Shown here one piece after another: positions 35,979 to 44,685 of a DNA stretch of 64,000 bases. Numbering within the stretch: the stretch's first letter is position 1; every line of letters begins with the position of its first letter. The position numbers were made by a program, and so were the translations under genes. The stretch is from an uncultured Rickettsiales bacterium (GTDB taxonomy: Bacteria; Pseudomonadota; Alphaproteobacteria; Rs-D84): contig URSG01000001.1 of the NCBI GenBank assembly GCA_900550565.1, forward strand, positions 14,456 to 78,455, given 5' to 3'. The notes beneath the pieces were generated by a model. The model was not told where the DNA came from, did not search any database, and worked only from the letters and a program-made list of their open reading frames with translations.

Positions 35979-36060
35979 ACTTTATCTCTCTTGTTTTTTT
36001 TAATTTTATCAAATAATCCTTTTTGATTCAAGGGCGGATTTATGATAAAATAATCTTGTA

Positions 36061-37020
36061 ATGTCAAACATAGTTCTGGATTCTTTGCTGAAACCATTGG
36101 CGGAATTTTATCGTCCGTCATTTGTTGAAGAAATCGCAATCAACCACGCCGGCCAGGTGTGGATGCGATTGCACGGCGCGCGCGTGCCGTGGGTTGCGTA
36201 TGATGCACCAATATTGTCAAAGCAGTATTTGGTGGATTTAATTCACACGGTGGCAAACATCTATGAACGGCCATTTGACCCGATTCATGGGATTCCTGTT
36301 GTCTATGCGACATTGCCCGGCAATCATCGTTTTACCGCCATCGCTGGTCCAAACGTCCAATACGACGAACGCGACATCACCGGTGGTGTGGCATTAAATA
36401 TTCGCGGTGGTGGCGCACCAGATACATCGTTTGCAAACTATCACCTGGAACACGGCCGCGAATTGTTAAAGGTTAAACCACGTGAAAGCATACGTCCTGA
36501 TGACCCGTATGACCGATTGATGTCTGCCATCAATGACGGCAGTCCTATTTTGGTCAGTGGCGCAACCGCAACCGGTAAAACCACGTTTTTGAATCACATG
36601 TTGACCCTGATTGACCCGAACAGCCGCGTTATCACGGTTGAAGACGCGCGTGAAATTCGTGTCCCCCAGGCAAATCGTGTGCATTTTATCTTGTCAAGAA
36701 CGGAACAATCTAATAACTTTAACTATGCGCGATTACTGGACTTGGTTGTGCGTATGACGCCTGACGTAATTATTGGTGGTGAAATTTCAACTGATAATGC
36801 GGCGGTGCTGTGGGAAATGTTGGGGACGGGACACGACCATTTTTATACGACAATCCACGCCGAGAGTGCCGATGCCGCCTATGCCGCATTTGCAGACCGT
36901 ATTCTGCACACCCAGCCGGCGTATGACCGCACAGATTTAATCGCAGAAATGAAGAAAAAGATTCGTGTTGTCCAACTGTCGCGCGACGGCGCATTGCGTG
37001 CCGTGACCGAGGTTGTATAG
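36061..37020 (+). CDS. virB11: Type IV secretion ATPase VirB11
   Basis: N-terminal L..LL.PL..F.....V.EI.IN..G.VW pattern, Walker A GATATGKTT, ITVEDAREI, RMTPDVIIGGEI, His-box region. 319 aa. Confidence 0.8.
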   Translation: MSNIVLDSLLKPLAEFYRPSFVEEIAINHAGQVWMRLHGARVPWVAYDAPILSKQYLVDLIHTVANIYERPFDPIHGIPVVYATLPGNHRFTAIAGPNVQYDERDITGGVALNIRGGGAPDTSFANYHLEHGRELLKVKPRESIRPDDPYDRLMSAINDGSPILVSGATATGKTTFLNHMLTLIDPNSRVITVEDAREIRVPQANRVHFILSRTEQSNNFNYARLLDLVVRMTPDVIIGGEISTDNAAVLWEMLGTGHDHFYTTIHAESADAAYAAFADRILHTQPAYDRTDLIAEMKKKIRVVQLSRDGALRAVTEVV

Positions 37021-37055
37021 CACCCTAACAAACAAAAAACACAAGGAGAACAACA

Positions 37056-37298
37056 ATGATACGCGAAGACGAAATCGTAGTATATCCAGATATGAACAAA
37101 TCTGACAAAGAAATCAAAGAACAACTGGAAAAAAATCACCAGGCAAAAATGCGTCACGCAGAACGCAAAGAACGCGAAGCACTGGAAAAAACAACCCTGT
37201 TGGATCATTTCTTGAACGGTGTTGATCGTGTAAAGCGCGCATTTGGTGGCAAGAAAAACGCCAATCAAATCAAAAAAACGAACGACAGACAACGTTAA
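37056..37298 (+). CDS. 80-aa Lys/Glu-rich protein downstream of virB11
   Basis: AAGGAGAA SD. No motif recognised. Confidence 0.4.
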   Translation: MIREDEIVVYPDMNKSDKEIKEQLEKNHQAKMRHAERKEREALEKTTLLDHFLNGVDRVKRAFGGKKNANQIKKTNDRQR

Positions 37299-37299
37299 T

Positions 37300-37328
37300 A
37301 AAAACGCGCCCTGTGGCGCGTTTTTTTC
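37300..37328. terminator. Bidirectional terminator between the virB11 unit and priA
   Basis: CGCGCC-CTGT-GGCGCG hairpin followed by T7. Confidence 0.75.
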
Positions 37329-37329
37329 A

Positions 37330-39522
37330 TTACATAAAGTTTTGCGGATTTACATCAACCTTGACCCGCATATTTGCCGGCTGTTTAATTGCGCGCAACC
37401 AATGCGCCACAACCGGTTGTAACAATGTCGTCGGTCCACCCATAACCAAAAACCGCATACGATACCAGTTTCTGATTTGATATACCCCTGCGGCGATTGG
37501 CCCCATTATTTTGACCCCGGGCGCACGCGGTGCCGCCGCCGCCAACCCAGCACAATATTTTTTCAACGTATCTTCGCGTTGACATTCAACAATCACCGCA
37601 ATCAGTTGCCCAAATGGTGGCATTTTTGCAGACTGGCGTGACGCCATATCGGCCGCCATAAACGCATCACGGTCACCGGCGCATATCGCGCATAACACAG
37701 GATGCTGGGGCTGGTATGTTTGCAACAACACGCGTCCAGGAAATTCGCCACGACCGGCACGACCGGCAACCTGGAACAACTGTTGAAACGTGTGTTCGGC
37801 GGCACGGAAATCCGTTCCGAACAATCCCATATCGGCGTCAACCACCCCCACCAATGTCAGGTTTGGAAAATGATGTCCTTTGGCCAAGATTTGCGTTCCG
37901 ATAACAATATCAATTTCACCGCTTTCCATTTTTGCAACAATGCGTTCCAGCGATTGACGCGTTGAAATTGTATCACTGGACACCAGCGCAACCCGTGCCG
38001 ATGGGAAACGCACAGACACCTCTTCGGCGATTTTTTCCAATCCTGCGCCACGCATAGACACGTCGCCCCCACAATCAGGACACTTGGTCGGCATCGGCGC
38101 CGTTCGCCCACACATGTGGCACAGCAATTTGCCAACCGCGCGATGATACGTCATACCAACACTGCAATCAGGACAGCCGGCAACCCAGCCACATTTTTTA
38201 CACTGGACAATCGGGGCAAATCCACGACGATTTATAAACAACATTACCTGGCGATGCGCCGCGATTGTATCTGAAATCGCATTGCACAGTGGCACCGACA
38301 AAAACCCATTATTCAGCACATCTGAAACCTGGTACGGTTCAGGCCGATTTTCACGCAAATCAATCGTTTCTATTTTCGGTAATTGCGCGCCACCGACCCG
38401 TGACGTCAGACGCAACACCTGGTATTTGCCAGACGCCACATTTTGCAACGTTTCTGCCGATGGCGTCGCACTGGCCAGGACAACAGGAAACCCAGCAATT
38501 TTTCCACGCAACACCGCCATATCGCGCGCGTGATAATTTCCCATATCTTCTTGTTTATATGACGTGTCGTGTTCTTCGTCCACGACAATCAACCCCAGAT
38601 TTTGCCAGGGCAAGAATAACGCACTGCGCGTGCCGACGACCATACGGATTTCCCCACGCAACACACCACGCCAAATCTCGCGCCGACGGGCGGCAGTTAA
38701 ATTACTGTGCCACACAACAGGCGCGGCCCCAAATCGTGCCGCAAAGCGATGCATAAACTGTGCCGTCAATGCGATTTCAGGCATCATCAGCAACACAGAC
38801 CCACCACGTGAATACGCGCGCCACGCGGCGTCAAAATACACCTGGGTTTTACCACTGCCAGTAATGCCGTCCAACAGATGCACCGAAAAACCGCCCCTGT
38901 CAATCGCCGCACCAATAACATCTGCGGCCGATTGCTGTTCTGGGTTTAATACGATATTGCCACAATCGTGATATTCCGGGCTGTTGTATTCTGTGGGGCG
39001 CGCCCGTTGTTCTTTTGGTACCAGAATGCCACTTGAAATCATCGTTCGCACAACAGACGGACTGACCCGTGCAATGTTTTGCACATCTGTGGCCGACATA
39101 GGTTCGTTATCATTTGACGCAAACGCGTCTGCGACCGCCTGGCGCGACGCGGTCATACGCACCGCGTCCGTGATATTTAAGCCATACAGTTGTTCCATTT
39201 TAGGTGGCGAAAACGCATCTGGCACATTTACAATCAGTCGCAATACCGCCCCAGGCGTCATCAATGTCCACCCAGACATTTTTGCAATCCACTGTAAATC
39301 TGTAATCGCCAGGCGTGCGTCATATACCGCCGATACATCTTTGATTTTTTCCGCCGGCAACCCAGAATCACCAAATCCCCACACCACACCAATATACGGC
39401 CGATTCATAACGCGACACGCCACAAACTGTCCCAATGTGGCCGGCCCAGTCAGCCGATAATCATATCCAGCATTTACAACATTTGGTATTAAAACTTTGA
39501 CGACGTCGCCTGCTTTGAACAT
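37330..39522 (-). CDS. priA: Primosomal protein N-prime (replication restart helicase PriA)
   Basis: Walker A GITGSGKT, DEEHD box, Cys-rich zinc-binding insert (CxxC x4). Confidence 0.92.
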   Translation of the reverse strand: MFKAGDVVKVLIPNVVNAGYDYRLTGPATLGQFVACRVMNRPYIGVVWGFGDSGLPAEKIKDVSAVYDARLAITDLQWIAKMSGWTLMTPGAVLRLIVNVPDAFSPPKMEQLYGLNITDAVRMTASRQAVADAFASNDNEPMSATDVQNIARVSPSVVRTMISSGILVPKEQRARPTEYNSPEYHDCGNIVLNPEQQSAADVIGAAIDRGGFSVHLLDGITGSGKTQVYFDAAWRAYSRGGSVLLMMPEIALTAQFMHRFAARFGAAPVVWHSNLTAARRREIWRGVLRGEIRMVVGTRSALFLPWQNLGLIVVDEEHDTSYKQEDMGNYHARDMAVLRGKIAGFPVVLASATPSAETLQNVASGKYQVLRLTSRVGGAQLPKIETIDLRENRPEPYQVSDVLNNGFLSVPLCNAISDTIAAHRQVMLFINRRGFAPIVQCKKCGWVAGCPDCSVGMTYHRAVGKLLCHMCGRTAPMPTKCPDCGGDVSMRGAGLEKIAEEVSVRFPSARVALVSSDTISTRQSLERIVAKMESGEIDIVIGTQILAKGHHFPNLTLVGVVDADMGLFGTDFRAAEHTFQQLFQVAGRAGRGEFPGRVLLQTYQPQHPVLCAICAGDRDAFMAADMASRQSAKMPPFGQLIAVIVECQREDTLKKYCAGLAAAAPRAPGVKIMGPIAAGVYQIRNWYRMRFLVMGGPTTLLQPVVAHWLRAIKQPANMRVKVDVNPQNFM

Positions 39523-39594
39523 AGTGACAAAATACTTGTTTTTTTTCTTTTTTTCAATACCATTTATTATAATTTTTAATTATGTGGGGAATAT

Positions 39595-40338
39595 ATGTGG
39601 AAACAGTTTTTCGAAATTTGTGATTTTTTATGCAATTTAATTCCAGACTCGCACGTACGTCGTCGCATTCGGAAAAAGCAACTGTTTGACTGGCGCACAA
39701 AATACAACGCCCTGCGCGCGGCGTGTCCGGAACTAAAATTCAAACACGTCAAGATGATAAAGGGCGGTTGGAACATTGGTTTTATCGTTGACCATAAATA
39801 TGTTTTCAAAACACGTAAATTCTTCAAGGCCGACGTTCCCGCTGAACGTATAATGCGCGAAAAACGTATTACTGACGCATTTGAAAATATTTCACCCCTG
39901 CGTATTCCAAAAATTGAAATTATTCACGCTGGGAAATACACATTTTATAAATACAATTTTATTCCTGGGAAAAATTTAAACACGTGTTCTGCGCGCACAA
40001 TTAAAAAAAATGCGTGGCGTTGGGGCGCACAACTGGCTGGATTTATCAACGCAGTGCATAACGCACGTCCGAACGAAATTCGCGATATGCAGCGTGGCGA
40101 CGGCGACGGCTGGAATCATAATGACATCTGCAATAATATTATTATAAATCCAAAAACATTGGACATTGTCGGTCTGATTGATTGGGAATACGCTGGCTGG
40201 GGTCGGCTGGAAACAGAATTTAATAACTGCACCGCGTTTTCAAAAAAGATGCGCGCATCTGATATTCTGATTGCGATACAGTCTGAATATCAATCTATGC
40301 AGCCGGACCCAACGCCCGAAATCACAGAAAATCAGTGA
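39595..40338 (+). CDS. Small kinase of the aminoglycoside/choline phosphotransferase (APH) fold
   Basis: Brenner-type WNHNDICNNIIINP and GLIDWEYAGWG motifs. 247 aa. Confidence 0.6.
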   Translation: MWKQFFEICDFLCNLIPDSHVRRRIRKKQLFDWRTKYNALRAACPELKFKHVKMIKGGWNIGFIVDHKYVFKTRKFFKADVPAERIMREKRITDAFENISPLRIPKIEIIHAGKYTFYKYNFIPGKNLNTCSARTIKKNAWRWGAQLAGFINAVHNARPNEIRDMQRGDGDGWNHNDICNNIIINPKTLDIVGLIDWEYAGWGRLETEFNNCTAFSKKMRASDILIAIQSEYQSMQPDPTPEITENQ

Positions 40339-41200
40339 TGGGAATTTCTGGGCTGTCCAGAACCAGGTCGGCGGCGAATTGTGTCCGAAACCACGTCCGT
40401 TGCCGCTTTGCATATTGATTTGTTTTTGTAATCCAATTTTGAACACACACGTCCAAGTCAATTTCACCGCCCAGATACGCAGCAACCTGTGCTGCGCCAA
40501 TCGCACGACGCACATCCCAGTGCGCGTCAATAATCGCACGTCCTTCGTCCAACGCGCCACCCAATAACATCTTGGGGATACGCATCGCGATACGCTGGCG
40601 CAGAACGTCCAATGGCGGATTGATTAAAATCTTGAACGCATCTGGGGCCACTGCACCAACACGGGGCGCAGATTGAAATTCTGTGATATGACGCCCAGTT
40701 GTCAAAAACACCTCTAGCGCACGGGCAACGCGCTGGGGGTCAGTGGCGGTAAAATTCGCCGGCAACATCGCACGGGCGGCATCAATATCTGTGGCAACCA
40801 ATGCGCGCGCACGCCGACGTGCGTCATCAGAAACATCTGGCATTGGCGACATACCATTTACAATCGCGTTTATATAATATCCTGTGCCGCCAACAAAAAT
40901 CGGTGTGCGTCCGGCATCACGCGCCGCGTCGTATGCACGTCGCGCCATATCCAGATAATCAGACACACTGATTTGTTCGGTCAACGGCAATACAGAAAAC
41001 AGTTTATACGGCACGCCATCAATTTCATCGGCAATCGCACGTCCGGCAAACGGACTGGCCGAAATGTTTTCAATTCCGCGGTAAATCTGGACACTGTCAC
41101 AGTTTATAATTGTGCCACCAACCGCGCACGCCAAACGGTGGGCAAAATCAGATTTGCCCGACGCAGTTGGCCCTGTGATGATGTATGACGAACGTTTCAT
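40322..41200 (-). CDS. miaA: tRNA dimethylallyltransferase
   Basis: P-loop GPTASGKS, then IINCDSVQIYRG. Convergent 17-nt overlap with the kinase gene. Confidence 0.92.
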   Translation of the reverse strand: MKRSSYIITGPTASGKSDFAHRLACAVGGTIINCDSVQIYRGIENISASPFAGRAIADEIDGVPYKLFSVLPLTEQISVSDYLDMARRAYDAARDAGRTPIFVGGTGYYINAIVNGMSPMPDVSDDARRRARALVATDIDAARAMLPANFTATDPQRVARALEVFLTTGRHITEFQSAPRVGAVAPDAFKILINPPLDVLRQRIAMRIPKMLLGGALDEGRAIIDAHWDVRRAIGAAQVAAYLGGEIDLDVCVQNWITKTNQYAKRQRTWFRTQFAADLVLDSPEIPITDFL

Positions 41201-41290
41201 TTTGTCTAAGTATAAAATTCCATTGTAATATTGTCAATCGCGCGCTATGATGAAAAACATATAACCGACAAAAAACGAAAGGAAGTAAGT

Positions 41291-42292
41291 ATGTCAAAAC
41301 TAAGAGTTGCTATAAACGGTTTCGGCCGCATTGGTCGCTTGGTATTGCGCGCTGCGCTGGAATCAAAGCGGGATGATATTGAATTTGTTGCTGTAAACGA
41401 TTTGGCCCCGGCCGAACAGAACGCATACCTGTTGCAATATGATTCTGTGCATGGGAAATTACCAATGGACGTAAAACTGGACGGCCAGTATATCATCGTC
41501 GGCAACCAGAAAATCAAATGTCTGGCGGAAAAAGACCCGACAAAATTGCCTTGGCGCGAAATGAACGTTGACGTCGTTATGGAATGCACGGGTATCTTTA
41601 CCGCCGCAGACAAGGCACGCGTTCACCTGGACGCTGGTGCGAAACGCGTTTTGGTATCCGCCCCATCGGCCGGCGCAGACGCCACAATCGTATATGGCGT
41701 GAACCAAGACACATTAAAACCAACCGATATGATTGTTTCAAATGCGTCCTGCACAACGAACTGTCTGGCCCCTGTGGCGCGCGTTCTGGACGACACATTT
41801 GGCATTATATCGGGCTGGATGACAACTGTGCACGCATACACCGGCGACCAGCAATTACTGGATAAAAATCACAAGGATTTCCGTCGCGCCCGTGCCGCAA
41901 ATCTGTCTATGATTCCAACCAGCACCGGTGCCGCCAAGGCGATTGGTCTGGTTCTGCCACGTTTGGCCGGCAAACTGGACGGTATGGCAATTCGCGTGCC
42001 GACCCCAGACGTATCAGTTGTTGAATTGGTTGTAAACCTGGAACGCGCCGCAACTGTTGACGCAGTGAACGACGCGATGCGCGCCGCTAAATCTGAAACA
42101 TTTGGATATAACGAATTGCCGTTGGTTTCCATTGATTTCACACACGACGCACACAGTTCCATCTTTGACGCGGCCCAGACCAAGGTTTTGGGCGACAAAC
42201 TGGTTCATGTGACCGCCTGGTATGACAACGAATGGGGATTTTCAAATCGTATGTGCGACACCGCCGTTGCGATGGGAAAATTGATAAAATAA
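41291..42292 (+). CDS. gap: Glyceraldehyde-3-phosphate dehydrogenase, type I
   Basis: Start moved to ATG 41291 (MSKLRVAINGFGRIGR). Active site SNASCTTNCLAP. Confidence 0.95.
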   Translation: MSKLRVAINGFGRIGRLVLRAALESKRDDIEFVAVNDLAPAEQNAYLLQYDSVHGKLPMDVKLDGQYIIVGNQKIKCLAEKDPTKLPWREMNVDVVMECTGIFTAADKARVHLDAGAKRVLVSAPSAGADATIVYGVNQDTLKPTDMIVSNASCTTNCLAPVARVLDDTFGIISGWMTTVHAYTGDQQLLDKNHKDFRRARAANLSMIPTSTGAAKAIGLVLPRLAGKLDGMAIRVPTPDVSVVELVVNLERAATVDAVNDAMRAAKSETFGYNELPLVSIDFTHDAHSSIFDAAQTKVLGDKLVHVTAWYDNEWGFSNRMCDTAVAMGKLIK

Positions 42293-42293
42293 A

Positions 42294-42320
42294 AAACGGG
42301 GCCTTGCCCCGTTTGTTATT
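42294..42320 (+). terminator. Intrinsic terminator after gap
   Basis: ACGGGGC-CTT-GCCCCGT hairpin followed by TTGTT. Confidence 0.65.
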
Positions 42321-42346
42321 TAGAGAGCAGAGTGTAGAGAGCAGAG
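42321..42346. repeat. Tandem direct repeat TAGAGAGCAGAG (x2, 14-bp register) upstream of a promoter
   Basis: Copies at 42321-42332 and 42335-42346. A TTGCAA-17-TACAAT promoter follows at about 42358-42386. Confidence 0.7.
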
Positions 42347-42442
42347 AGCAAATTATTCTTGCAAAAAAATAACAGCCTTATTACAATATGTTGTGTCCTC
42401 GATAAAGAATTCGGGATACAAAATCCATTACAGGAGAAAAAA

Positions 42443-42829
42443 ATGAATACTCACTTATTGACCCAACGTTACGTATATACCCCTACCACCAACAAGATAA
42501 AATACGTTTTATCCAGGAATACCGACAAAGACGCTGGCGTACATATGGATTGGGATCTGTATGATCGTTTAAACAATAAGAACCCAGAACCCGAATATCG
42601 CGGAACGATTGAGGTTCCAGCAAACGCCGAAACGGTGATATACGAATCACCAGAAGGAGAGCTGTACGAAATTCCAGTTTCTGACCTTATTGAAGCAGAT
42701 GACGATAATGAAATTGAATACAAATCAAAACAGCGCACCCAATTTAAGTCACGCCATCAGACTAACAAGAAACACTTGAATTATAACGTCTTGATGGCCT
42801 CAACCCGGAACGCCATTTACCAACGATAG
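42443..42829 (+). CDS. Hypothetical 128-aa protein
   Basis: Start moved to ATG 42443 behind a CAGGAG SD. No motif recognised. Confidence 0.45.
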   Translation: MNTHLLTQRYVYTPTTNKIKYVLSRNTDKDAGVHMDWDLYDRLNNKNPEPEYRGTIEVPANAETVIYESPEGELYEIPVSDLIEADDDNEIEYKSKQRTQFKSRHQTNKKHLNYNVLMASTRNAIYQR

Positions 42830-42853
42830 AACACAATCAAAAGGATAAACATC

Positions 42854-43054
42854 ATGTTGAAAAACAAAGTCCTGACTCCGGAAATAATCGCATCGATTGA
42901 CAACACAATCCGTTTGATGAAAGAATTGCACCTGGATAACGACCAGGATAAACGCCACATTGACGGACGAATTGCCGCACTGGAATGGATAAAAACAGGC
43001 CAAGGTGGCAAGATTATCGTGAACGTCCCCAAGGATATGCCCGATGCGGAATAA
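42854..43054 (+). CDS. Hypothetical 66-aa protein
   Basis: Co-oriented, 24 nt after the previous ORF. Terminator follows. Confidence 0.4.
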   Translation: MLKNKVLTPEIIASIDNTIRLMKELHLDNDQDKRHIDGRIAALEWIKTGQGGKIIVNVPKDMPDAE

Positions 43055-43085
43055 AAAAACAAACGCCCACACGGGCGTTTTTTTA
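43055..43085 (+). terminator. Intrinsic terminator after the two-gene cassette
   Basis: ACGCCC-ACAC-GGGCGT hairpin followed by T7. Confidence 0.75.
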
Positions 43086-43128
43086 TACACAAAAATCAAA
43101 AAAACACCGCCGAAACGGCGATAAATTC

Positions 43129-43283
43129 TGGCGGGACCACGGGGTTGTAAATTTCCACCGCTGGGCGCGGCGGGCCCCTTTCGGCGCGTAAGACGCGAAC
43201 GGCGCACATGTGTGCGTGCTTGTTCTTGCCAACTCTGCACACGAACCCTCTGCTCGGGTTCTCGCCCAGAATACTTCCGGGTT
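43129..43283. repeat. GC-rich structured element, copy A (inverted relative to copy at 44525-44648)
   Basis: The reverse complement shares AGTTGGCAAGAACAAGC, a hairpin, and GCGCCGTTCGCGYCTTACG with 44525-44648. It ends ...GTGGTCCCGCCA and is flanked by hairpin terminators on both sides (43095-43120, 43288-43317). Confidence 0.6.
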
Positions 43284-43367
43284 AAATAAAAAACACATCG
43301 TTTCCGATGTGTTTTTTACATCAGATTTAACCAGCCAAATAAAATTTTAATTTTATAAAAAAAAGAC

Positions 43368-43396
43368 TTGCGTTTAGAATCCGAACAGTATAATAT
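43368..43396 (+). promoter_or_regulatory. Promoter of tRNA-Asp
   Basis: AGACTTGCGT -35 region, 17 nt, then TAATAT (also readable as TATAAT with a 15-nt spacer). The same AAAAGACTTGC upstream context occurs at the rpmG promoter. Confidence 0.5.
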
Positions 43397-43408
43397 ATGC
43401 CTTGCTCT

Positions 43409-43485
43409 GGGGTTGTAGCTCAGCTGGTTAGAGCGTCTGCCTGTCACGCAGAAGGTCGAGGGTTCGAGCCCCTTCAATCCCGCCA
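43409..43485 (+). tRNA. tRNA-Asp (GUC)
   Basis: Manual cloverleaf: anticodon loop CTGTCAC, T-loop TTCGAGC, discriminator G, encoded CCA. Confidence 0.9.
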
Positions 43486-43489
43486 GATA

Positions 43490-43525
43490 AATAAAAAACA
43501 CATCAGAAATGATGTGTTTTTTTAT
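43490..43525. terminator. Terminator after tRNA-Asp (near inverted copy of the hairpin at 43288-43317)
   Basis: AAAAACACATC-AGAAAT-GATGTGTTTTT hairpin. Confidence 0.7.
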
Positions 43526-43645
43526 TTGGCCTGTTCGGGCATTTAATTGCCCTGTTGGGAATAAAAACATCTTGTCCGGCATTGCATTTATGTAAAATAA
43601 TGGTATGGTAATAATCGTTTAAAACAAATCAAGGGAGAAAACATT

Positions 43646-44110
43646 ATGACATTCAAAGCATTTACACTGGGCGTGTCATTGCTGGCACTGGCGGCATGTG
43701 GCGACAACGGTCAAAATCCGGAAAACCTACGTGGGGCGGCCTTTATCGCCAACGGCGACGGCACAAATATCACATTGTCATTTGACGAAAATGAAATGCG
43801 TTTCTATGGCCAGGTTGTAAATCTGTATAACGGTTCATACCGCGCATCGGGCGACCGTATAAAGTTTGACCAGGACGCAACGACACTGATGATGGGCCCA
43901 GCCGACGCAATGGACGCTGAACGCAACTATTTCCAGTTCTTGACCCAGGTTGAAAAGTATAACCTGAAAGACGGCACATTGGTATTGACCGCAAACGACG
44001 GCAAAACAATGACATTCAAACAGGTTTATGCCGACGCTGTGCCAAACGACACGGTTGTCACAGAAGAAACCGAAACAGTTGTTGTTGACGCACCGGTGGC
44101 AACCAAATAA
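43646..44110 (+). CDS. META-domain (HslJ-like) lipoprotein
   Basis: Lipobox LALAAC. Pattern ...N.Y.GSY...GD.I.F...ATT.M.GP....ERNYF..L..V..Y.L.DG.L.L... Confidence 0.6.
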   Translation: MTFKAFTLGVSLLALAACGDNGQNPENLRGAAFIANGDGTNITLSFDENEMRFYGQVVNLYNGSYRASGDRIKFDQDATTLMMGPADAMDAERNYFQFLTQVEKYNLKDGTLVLTANDGKTMTFKQVYADAVPNDTVVTEETETVVVDAPVATK

Positions 44111-44127
44111 AAAACAACGCAAAAATC

Positions 44128-44160
44128 CCCAGGACGCAATGATTGCGTCCTGGTTTTTAT
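44128..44160 (+). terminator. Intrinsic terminator after the META lipoprotein gene
   Basis: CCAGGACGCAAT-GATTGCGTCCTGG hairpin followed by TTTTTATTT. Confidence 0.75.
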
Positions 44161-44166
44161 TTCCGC

Positions 44167-44195
44167 TTGACAATGTGCAATTTGCCAGTTATAAT
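44167..44195 (+). promoter_or_regulatory. Consensus sigma-70 promoter of tRNA-Glu
   Basis: TTGACA - 17 nt - TATAAT (perfect hexamers). Confidence 0.75.
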
Positions 44196-44219
44196 TTGCC
44201 AGCAATTTTTACCAGTTTT

Positions 44220-44294
44220 GGCCCCATCGTCTAATGGTTAGGACACCGCCCTTTCAAGGCGAGAATCCCGGTTCGAATCCGAGTGGGGCTGCCA
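44220..44294 (+). tRNA. tRNA-Glu (UUC)
   Basis: Manual cloverleaf: ACCGCC-CTTTCAA-GGCGA anticodon arm, discriminator G, encoded CCA. Note a C50-A64 mismatch in the T stem and G1-U72. Confidence 0.85.
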
Positions 44295-44331
44295 AAATAA
44301 TAAATGACCCAAACGGGTCATTTTTTATTTT
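44276..44331 (+). repeat. Direct repeat copy 1: tRNA-Glu 3-prime end plus its terminator
   Basis: AATCCGAGTGGGGCTGCCAAAATAATAAATGACCCAAACGGGTCATTTTTTATTTT. Confidence 0.9.
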
Positions 44332-44472
44332 GCCCCAAGTCCCACGAAGGATCCGCCAGAGTGCCAACGGCACGCATGGCGAATACGCAGATAAACAATT
44401 AGCAAACCCGCAAAAACGGATATGTTATATTAGAGTTTTTGCATGGCGTTTGATTATTGTTTATCAAGGTGG

Positions 44473-44524
44473 CGAGTGGGGCTGCCAAAATAAAATGACC
44501 ACCATTTGGTGGTCTTTTTATTTT
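44473..44524 (+). repeat. Direct repeat copy 2 (diverged): CGAGTGGGGCTGCCA plus a different terminator hairpin
   Basis: CGAGTGGGGCTGCCAAAATAAAATGACCACCATTTGGTGGTCTTTTTATTTT. Confidence 0.85.
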
Positions 44525-44648
44525 GTGAAGCACCCGGATGAGAACCGCAGGTTCGACACGATAGTTGGCAAGAACAAGCGCAACGCTTTGCGCGCCGTTC
44601 GCGCCTTACGTGTGGTGAGTGCAACGAACAATCCGAGTGGGGCTGCCA
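44525..44648. repeat. GC-rich structured element, copy B
   Basis: Shares a conserved core with the reverse complement of 43129-43283. Ends in the tRNA-Glu-type ...CCGAGTGGGGCTGCCA. Confidence 0.6.
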
Positions 44649-44685
44649 AAATAATAAATGACCCGAACGGGTCATTTTTTATTTT
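44630..44685 (+). repeat. Direct repeat copy 3: 55/56 identical to copy 1
   Basis: AATCCGAGTGGGGCTGCCAAAATAATAAATGACCCGAACGGGTCATTTTTTATTTT (single A/G change in the hairpin loop). Confidence 0.9.

Noticed and set aside
44335-44648. Two-piece (permuted) alphaproteobacterial tmRNA, suggested by internal ...GCCA ends, GCC-AAC-GGC-like codons and terminators.
   Set aside because: There is no T-arm next to the extra CCA ends and no 5-prime strand able to pair with them. No frame contains a short Ala-initiated tag ending in a stop.
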